A stretch of 31,886 nt of DNA from Candidatus Muiribacteriota bacterium. Lineage in GTDB: Bacteria; Muiribacteriota; Muiribacteriia; Muiribacteriales; Muiribacteriaceae. Both the position numbers and the translations under genes were made by a program. Positions 26,989 to 31,886 of the stretch are shown here, piece after piece. The stretch covers positions 1 to 31,886 of the forward strand of contig JBNJGP010000029.1 of NCBI GenBank assembly GCA_051747805.1, written 5' to 3'. Each line of letters starts with the position of its first letter. Positions within the stretch are counted from its first letter, which is position 1. The notes beneath the pieces are model-generated. The model was not told the DNA's origin, ran no database searches, and saw only the letters and a program-made list of their open reading frames with translations.

Positions 26989-29205
26989 ATGAGTATGCAG
27001 ATAACCGGATTAGCTTCAGGTCTTGATGTGAATAATATGATAGAACAGCTTATGGAGATTGAGAAAAGACCTCTGAATAAAATGGTTGACAGCAGAAACG
27101 ACCTTGAGCTTAAAAAAGAAATGATATCTGAGGCCAACATGAAGATTTTTGATTTTCAAAATGACGCTTTTGAGTTTACTATGCAGGGTTCTTTTAGAAA
27201 TAAGACGGTAAATTCCAGTAATGAAAATGTTATAACTGCAAATGCTGGAGTTGATGCACCTGTTGGTTCTTATGAGTTTGAGGATATTACAAGAGCAACA
27301 TCCACAAAGGTTAGCAGCAGCGAGAGCCTTACTAATTTTGAGGCGGTTAGCTCCAGTACAGATATTGGAGCAATTGATATTACAAAATCATTTTCAGAGG
27401 CGGGCTTTGTTATAGAGCCTTCAGGAACAGTTACAGTTAACGGGGTGAATTTTAATCTTGACCATTACTCAAGTGTACAAAACTTTATGACAGCTGTTGA
27501 AAACAATAGTGGAACAGATATAGATGAGTTTAAATTTAATACAACAACAAATATGTTTTCAATAATTGCCTCAACAGGATCAACGGTAAACATGTTTGAA
27601 AGTGGTGATGGTACAGGTTTTTTAACGGCCTCAAATATTCCTTTTGTAAGCGAGAATGTAAATATTTCTAATCTGCCTCTTGAAAATGAGATTACTGGAG
27701 GAGTTTTTTCAATAAACGGAGTTGATTTTATTGTTGACGAGGAGAAAGACACAATAAAAAGTGTGGTAAAAAGAATTAATGAATCAAATGCTGGTGTGAA
27801 TGCCTTTTTTGATGAAAATACTGAAAAGCTTTCTTTTTCGGCAAAAGAAGAAGGAACTAATGAAATTGTATTTGAGGATAAAAGTACAAATTTTTTAGAA
27901 GGTATGAATGTTTTAAATGCAGCGCAGAATACAGGAACAAATGCAACATTTAAATTTAACGGTATAGAAACTCAGCGCAGCTCTAACTCTTTTGAGTTAA
28001 ATGGAGTGAATTTTAACTTAAACTCTTCGGGCGCGGGTCCGGTAACTGTAAATGTTGAAAATGATACCGAGGGAGTTGCAGACAACGTTGAAGAGTTTGT
28101 TGAAAAATATAATGAAACTATGAAGTTTTTATATAATAAATTAAACGAAGAGGCTGTGGATGAGGCAGAGCTGGAATCTGCTCAGACAATGGAAGAATTT
28201 AGAGAGTTGAGCAAACAGGGACTGCTTAAACGTGATACAACTTTAAGACAGATTCAGGATCAAATGAAAAATTATTTTGCAATTTCATTTGGAGGTTTAA
28301 CCATGGGTGATTTAGGCCTTGAGGCTGCAGGAGAACCTGGTGTTGTATCTGATGAAATGGAAATAGGAATTATTAATTTTAATAAAGATAAGTTTGAGCA
28401 AAAACTTAATGAAGACCCTGAAATGATTGAGTCAATGTTCAGGAATGATGGAAATGTACTTAATTTTAAAAATCGTGAGATAGGAACTGGAGATGGTGTA
28501 AGAACCAACTTCCGTTTTGGTCACAAAAATATTGGTCAGAATATTGAAGTAGAAGTTGACGGGGAAAAATTTAAACTTGTAACCGAACCCGAAAATCCCG
28601 GTGAATTTTCTGTAAACAGAACAACTGGACATATTGATTTTTTTGAAGCGCCTGAAGATGATGCCGTTATTAAAGCTACTTTCGATGTTCTTGAAGGGGA
28701 TAGTTTTAGTGAAAATGAAAGAAGTTTAGGCGAGGGAAATGGTTATAGAACCAACTTTAGGATTGGAAACAGAAATGCTGGTCAGGATATATCACTGATT
28801 GTAGGAGACGGTTCTGTGGAATATAATCAGGTTGAGTCAAAGGATGAGCTTACGGGTAATACATATTTTGTTGATAGAGAAACAGGAACTTTAAGTTTTG
28901 CAGAAGCTCCTGAAATGGGTAAGGAAGTCAGGGCAAGCTATAACTATACAATAACCCAGCCAGGTATGTTTAATGAAATATATGAAAGTCTAAGTGCTTA
29001 TACAGGTGTTGGAATTTTATATCAGAATGAAAGTTCAATTAACAGTCAGATAAAAACGGCTGATGAAAACATTGCTTCTTTTCAGAGAAGAATGGAAAAT
29101 GTTGAGCAGCGCCTCTTAAGACAGTTTACTAATCTTGAGGTAACAATGAATGATATGCAGTCACAGAGTTCCTGGCTTGAAGGTCAGCTCAATAAACTTA
29201 TGTAA
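26989..29205 (+). CDS. fliD: Filament cap protein FliD (738 aa) with extra inserted domains
   Basis: ITGLASGLDVNNMIEQLM, FVEKYN, GLLKRD, RQFTNLE ... QSSWL. ATG26989 has RBS AGGGAGGG and is preferred over TTG26959. Confidence 0.95.
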   Translation: MSMQITGLASGLDVNNMIEQLMEIEKRPLNKMVDSRNDLELKKEMISEANMKIFDFQNDAFEFTMQGSFRNKTVNSSNENVITANAGVDAPVGSYEFEDITRATSTKVSSSESLTNFEAVSSSTDIGAIDITKSFSEAGFVIEPSGTVTVNGVNFNLDHYSSVQNFMTAVENNSGTDIDEFKFNTTTNMFSIIASTGSTVNMFESGDGTGFLTASNIPFVSENVNISNLPLENEITGGVFSINGVDFIVDEEKDTIKSVVKRINESNAGVNAFFDENTEKLSFSAKEEGTNEIVFEDKSTNFLEGMNVLNAAQNTGTNATFKFNGIETQRSSNSFELNGVNFNLNSSGAGPVTVNVENDTEGVADNVEEFVEKYNETMKFLYNKLNEEAVDEAELESAQTMEEFRELSKQGLLKRDTTLRQIQDQMKNYFAISFGGLTMGDLGLEAAGEPGVVSDEMEIGIINFNKDKFEQKLNEDPEMIESMFRNDGNVLNFKNREIGTGDGVRTNFRFGHKNIGQNIEVEVDGEKFKLVTEPENPGEFSVNRTTGHIDFFEAPEDDAVIKATFDVLEGDSFSENERSLGEGNGYRTNFRIGNRNAGQDISLIVGDGSVEYNQVESKDELTGNTYFVDRETGTLSFAEAPEMGKEVRASYNYTITQPGMFNEIYESLSAYTGVGILYQNESSINSQIKTADENIASFQRRMENVEQRLLRQFTNLEVTMNDMQSQSSWLEGQLNKLM

Positions 29206-29217
29206 ACAGGAGTGTTT

Positions 29218-29661
29218 ATGTTGAATTTTAAAAGAAATGCACAAAGTTATCGTAAAAATCAAATAGCAACTGCCTCAGAAGGGCAACTAATACTTATGCT
29301 TTATGATGGTGCTTTGAGATTTCTTTCCCAGGCTTCTTCAGCGGTAGAAGAAAAAGATACAGAAAAAAGTCATAATCTTATAACAAAATCAAGAAAGATT
29401 GTACTTGAGCTTATGTTTTCTCTGGATATGGACAAGGGAGGAGAGATTTCACAAAACCTTTATAATCTTTACTTTTTTATAAACAAACAGCTTATTCAGG
29501 CTAATTTAAAAAAAGACAAAGATATTATAAATGAGTGCTATCAATTACTTAAAGAACTTCGGGATACCTGGAAACAGGTAATTGAAAAAGATAGAAAAGA
29601 AAAAATTGAAAAAAATGATGGAAATTTGGGGACTGGTTCAAAAATTGATATAAAAAATTAA
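29218..29661 (+). CDS. fliS: Flagellin export chaperone FliS
   Basis: TASEGQLILMLYDGA, SLDMDKGGEISQNLYNLY, ELRDTWKQ; RBS AGGAG at 29208 favours ATG29218. Confidence 0.95.
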   Translation: MLNFKRNAQSYRKNQIATASEGQLILMLYDGALRFLSQASSAVEEKDTEKSHNLITKSRKIVLELMFSLDMDKGGEISQNLYNLYFFINKQLIQANLKKDKDIINECYQLLKELRDTWKQVIEKDRKEKIEKNDGNLGTGSKIDIKN

Positions 29662-29686
29662 AGTTTTGGATAAAAAGTGTCGATAG
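29659..29686 (+). promoter_or_regulatory. Sigma28 promoter of flagellin 2
   Basis: TAAAGTTT starting at the fliS stop codon; TAAA-N16-GTCGATAG(29679-86). Confidence 0.85.
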
Positions 29687-29759
29687 ATATCAGTTTTGGG
29701 AGGTAAAAAAAATGGTCGGGGATGAATCTGAACATCCTTAAAAAATCAGAAAAAAAGAA

Positions 29760-29810
29760 TCTAACATGGATGTTAGAAAAAAAGATATAAAAATCAAGGA
29801 GGATTTTTAT
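29760..29810 (+). promoter_or_regulatory. Two CsrA hairpins at the flagellin-2 translation start
   Basis: TCTAACA-TGGA-TGTTAGA (29760-77) and ATAAAAATC-AAGGAG-GATTTTTAT (29787-810), which covers the SD and the start codon. Confidence 0.88.
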
Positions 29811-31719
29811 GAGTAATTTTGGAGTAATTAATAATAATGTATCAGCAATTAATGCTTACAGAACTTTAGGGAAGACAAACAGAGGTCTTAACAAGAATCT
29901 TGAGAGACTTTCATCAGGTCTTAGAATCAACAGAGCGGCAGATGACGCAGCCGGACTGGCAGTTTCTGAGAAAATGAGAGGTCAGATTGGTGGTTTAGAC
30001 CAGGCTGTTAGAAATGCAGAAGATGGTATTTCAATGATTCAAACAGCTGAAGGTGTTATGGATACTACTCATAGTATTTTACAGAGAATGAGAACTCTTT
30101 CCGTTCAGGCATCAAACGATAACTATACTACTTATGACAGACAGAGACTTCAAAAAGAGGTTGATGAGCTGGTTGGTCAAATTGACAGAATATCCGAATA
30201 CACCGAGTTTAACACAAAGAATCTTCTCGATGGTTCTGCCACAGGTAGAGCAAATTCACTGGATTCAAAAGTTTTAACTGCAGAAGTTAGTGATGTTGTG
30301 GCTTCCGCAGACTATTCAATTACTGTTGTTAATGCCGGCGGTGCTTCAAGAGTTCATGGTTCAACAGCTTGGCGTGATACAAATGGTGATGCAATGATTG
30401 ATTTAAGAGACCTTGGTTTAAGCGGCGATGTTGAGCTTCAAATTGAAATTGATGGTAATGCCCGTGCGGTTGAGCTAAACGAAGAAGACAATATTAACGA
30501 TGTTGTGAGAAAAATCAACGGTTCAAACCTTGGTGTGCTTGCAGGAACTCATGCAGTTGAAGTTAATGGTGAAACTCATGAATATCTTACAATGACTTCA
30601 AGAAGAACCGGTTCAAAACACAATATTTCTTTTGGTGATGACCCTGATGGAACCGCAATTGCTTTAGGCCTTTTCGGTGGCGTTGATGATTCAGTAGATT
30701 CAAATGACGCAGCTGTTCCAAATGCAGATGACGCTACTGATGCAGGTATTAAGAGATTTGTTACAGGAACAGATACAGTTATTTCAATAACAAACATAAC
30801 TGACCAGAGACTTTTCCCAACAATTCCACCAGGAATGGCTGATGAATCAGTAGTAAACCAGGATATTCAGGGTAACAGAGTGCTTGGTAGATTTGTTTCA
30901 AACTCCGGTATTTTCGGAGAGCAGGAACTATCAACGGTTTTTCAGGCAGATAATGAATCTGTTGATAAAGATGCTACAGAGGCACTTAGAGATTCAGCTT
31001 TACTTAAAGGTTTAACTCTTAATATTGACCAGGATTTCAGCTATGGTTATGCAGATATTGGCGAGGATTATTTTAATCATAATGGTGATGCTATTTCTAT
31101 GATTAACCATACTGGTGCCGCAATACCAACAGGAAATCTTCATGGTTTCACAAGAGGTGGAGAAGATTTTGATGCAGAAGCTCTTGATGCGTTAAACGAT
31201 GAACAGCAGATTTCTATTATGTCAACCAGACTTTCTGTTCGTGATACAAGACAGGTTTATCAAATTGGTGCAAATGAAGGTCAGACTTTAACAGTTGATT
31301 ATGCAAATATTTCAGCTGAGTCTTTGGGATTGACTTCTGAATTAAGAGGAACTGGTAATATATTTGATGCGGTTGATGAGCTTGATAACGGAACAAAAAC
31401 TCAAAGATTAAGTCTTAATGTAAGTATTGAAACACAGAAGTCTGCATCAGCAGCAATTACAACAATTAATGATGCTTTGAACACTGTTTCAGAGGCTCGT
31501 TCAAAACTTGGTGCGTTCCAGAACTCACTTGAAAAATCTGTGGACTATCTGAATATTGCGCATGAAAATCAGGTTGCTTCTGAATCAAGAATCAGAGACG
31601 TTGACATGGCTAAAGAAATGTCAGATTTCACTAGAAATCAGATTCTTACTCAATCTGGTACTGCAATGCTTGCTCAGGCAAATCAGAAGCCACAAAACGT
31701 TTTATCCTTAATTGGATAA
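29809..31719 (+). CDS. fliC: Flagellin 2 (636 aa), close paralog of flagellin 1
   Basis: ERLSSGLRINRAADDAAGLAVSEKMR, QIGANEGQ, SRIRDVDMAKEM, QNVLSLIG; colinear with flagellin 1 over its full length. Confidence 0.97.
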   Translation: MSNFGVINNNVSAINAYRTLGKTNRGLNKNLERLSSGLRINRAADDAAGLAVSEKMRGQIGGLDQAVRNAEDGISMIQTAEGVMDTTHSILQRMRTLSVQASNDNYTTYDRQRLQKEVDELVGQIDRISEYTEFNTKNLLDGSATGRANSLDSKVLTAEVSDVVASADYSITVVNAGGASRVHGSTAWRDTNGDAMIDLRDLGLSGDVELQIEIDGNARAVELNEEDNINDVVRKINGSNLGVLAGTHAVEVNGETHEYLTMTSRRTGSKHNISFGDDPDGTAIALGLFGGVDDSVDSNDAAVPNADDATDAGIKRFVTGTDTVISITNITDQRLFPTIPPGMADESVVNQDIQGNRVLGRFVSNSGIFGEQELSTVFQADNESVDKDATEALRDSALLKGLTLNIDQDFSYGYADIGEDYFNHNGDAISMINHTGAAIPTGNLHGFTRGGEDFDAEALDALNDEQQISIMSTRLSVRDTRQVYQIGANEGQTLTVDYANISAESLGLTSELRGTGNIFDAVDELDNGTKTQRLSLNVSIETQKSASAAITTINDALNTVSEARSKLGAFQNSLEKSVDYLNIAHENQVASESRIRDVDMAKEMSDFTRNQILTQSGTAMLAQANQKPQNVLSLIG

Positions 31720-31745
31720 TTTTAAAAGTAACAATATTATTCATA

Positions 31746-31779
31746 AAAAGGGGCTGGATTTTTCCGGCCTCTTTTCTTT
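31746..31779 (+). terminator. Intrinsic terminator after flagellin 2
   Basis: AAAAGGGGCTGGA-TTTT-TCCGGCCTCTTTT followed by CTTT. Confidence 0.85.
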
Positions 31780-31886
31780 ATTAATTTGAAATAGCTTTAG
31801 ATATATTTAAAGTTAAAATTGAATTACTCCGAAAATCACAAAAAACCGCTTTATAATGAGGGGTTTTTTCTTTTATTGGGTTTAAT

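Noticed and set aside
204..30797. Minus-strand and alternative-frame ORFs in the track (e.g. 204-461, 1577-1819, 15676-16059, 18066-18488, 26763-27140, 30576-30797)
   Set aside because: All overlap well-supported + strand genes and show no recognisable motifs; they are shadow ORFs.
1..31886. CRISPR arrays, tRNA/rRNA genes, IS elements, recombinases, prophage genes, alternative genetic code
   Set aside because: No such repeats or motifs seen. TGA, TAA and TAG all act as stops at the expected gene ends. The phage-like signal is limited to two domains inside fliD.

Overview
AT-rich bacterial chromosomal segment with 27 protein-coding genes, all on the + strand. I see no rRNA, tRNA, CRISPR array or transposase. 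Left block (1-17398): a 5'-truncated flagellar FapA/DUF342 gene and two hypotheticals run, mostly through overlapping or abutting genes, into an outer-membrane biogenesis cluster (phosphodiester glycosidase, SpoIVB/S55 peptidase, mlaE-mlaF-mlaD, tamB-like, bamA, skp, lpxD, hypothetical, lpxC-fabZ fusion, lpxA) and then comF. Right block (17569-31719): a Bacillus-like late flagellar cluster, flgM-flgN-flgK-flgL-fliW-csrA-flagellin1-flaG-fliD-fliS-flagellin2, with three clear sigma28 promoters (TAAA-N16-xxCGATA) and GGA-loop CsrA hairpins. The gene content suggests a diderm Firmicute-like or Terrabacteria-type lineage (inference only). Main unexplained signals: (i) a ~300-nt flagellin-1 leader in which a sigma28 promoter and two CsrA hairpins precede a 42-codon uORF that crosses a perfect 20-bp terminator-like hairpin (candidate CsrA-gated attenuator or CsrA-sponge sRNA); (ii) a GC-rich 11-bp inverted repeat bracketing flgM, one copy in the sigma28 promoter spacer and one on the flgN start; (iii) very large, acidic, domain-shuffled axial proteins, including a FliD-like head inserted in FlgK and two phage-tail-like repeats in FliD. 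All family calls come from motif recognition by eye, not database searches.
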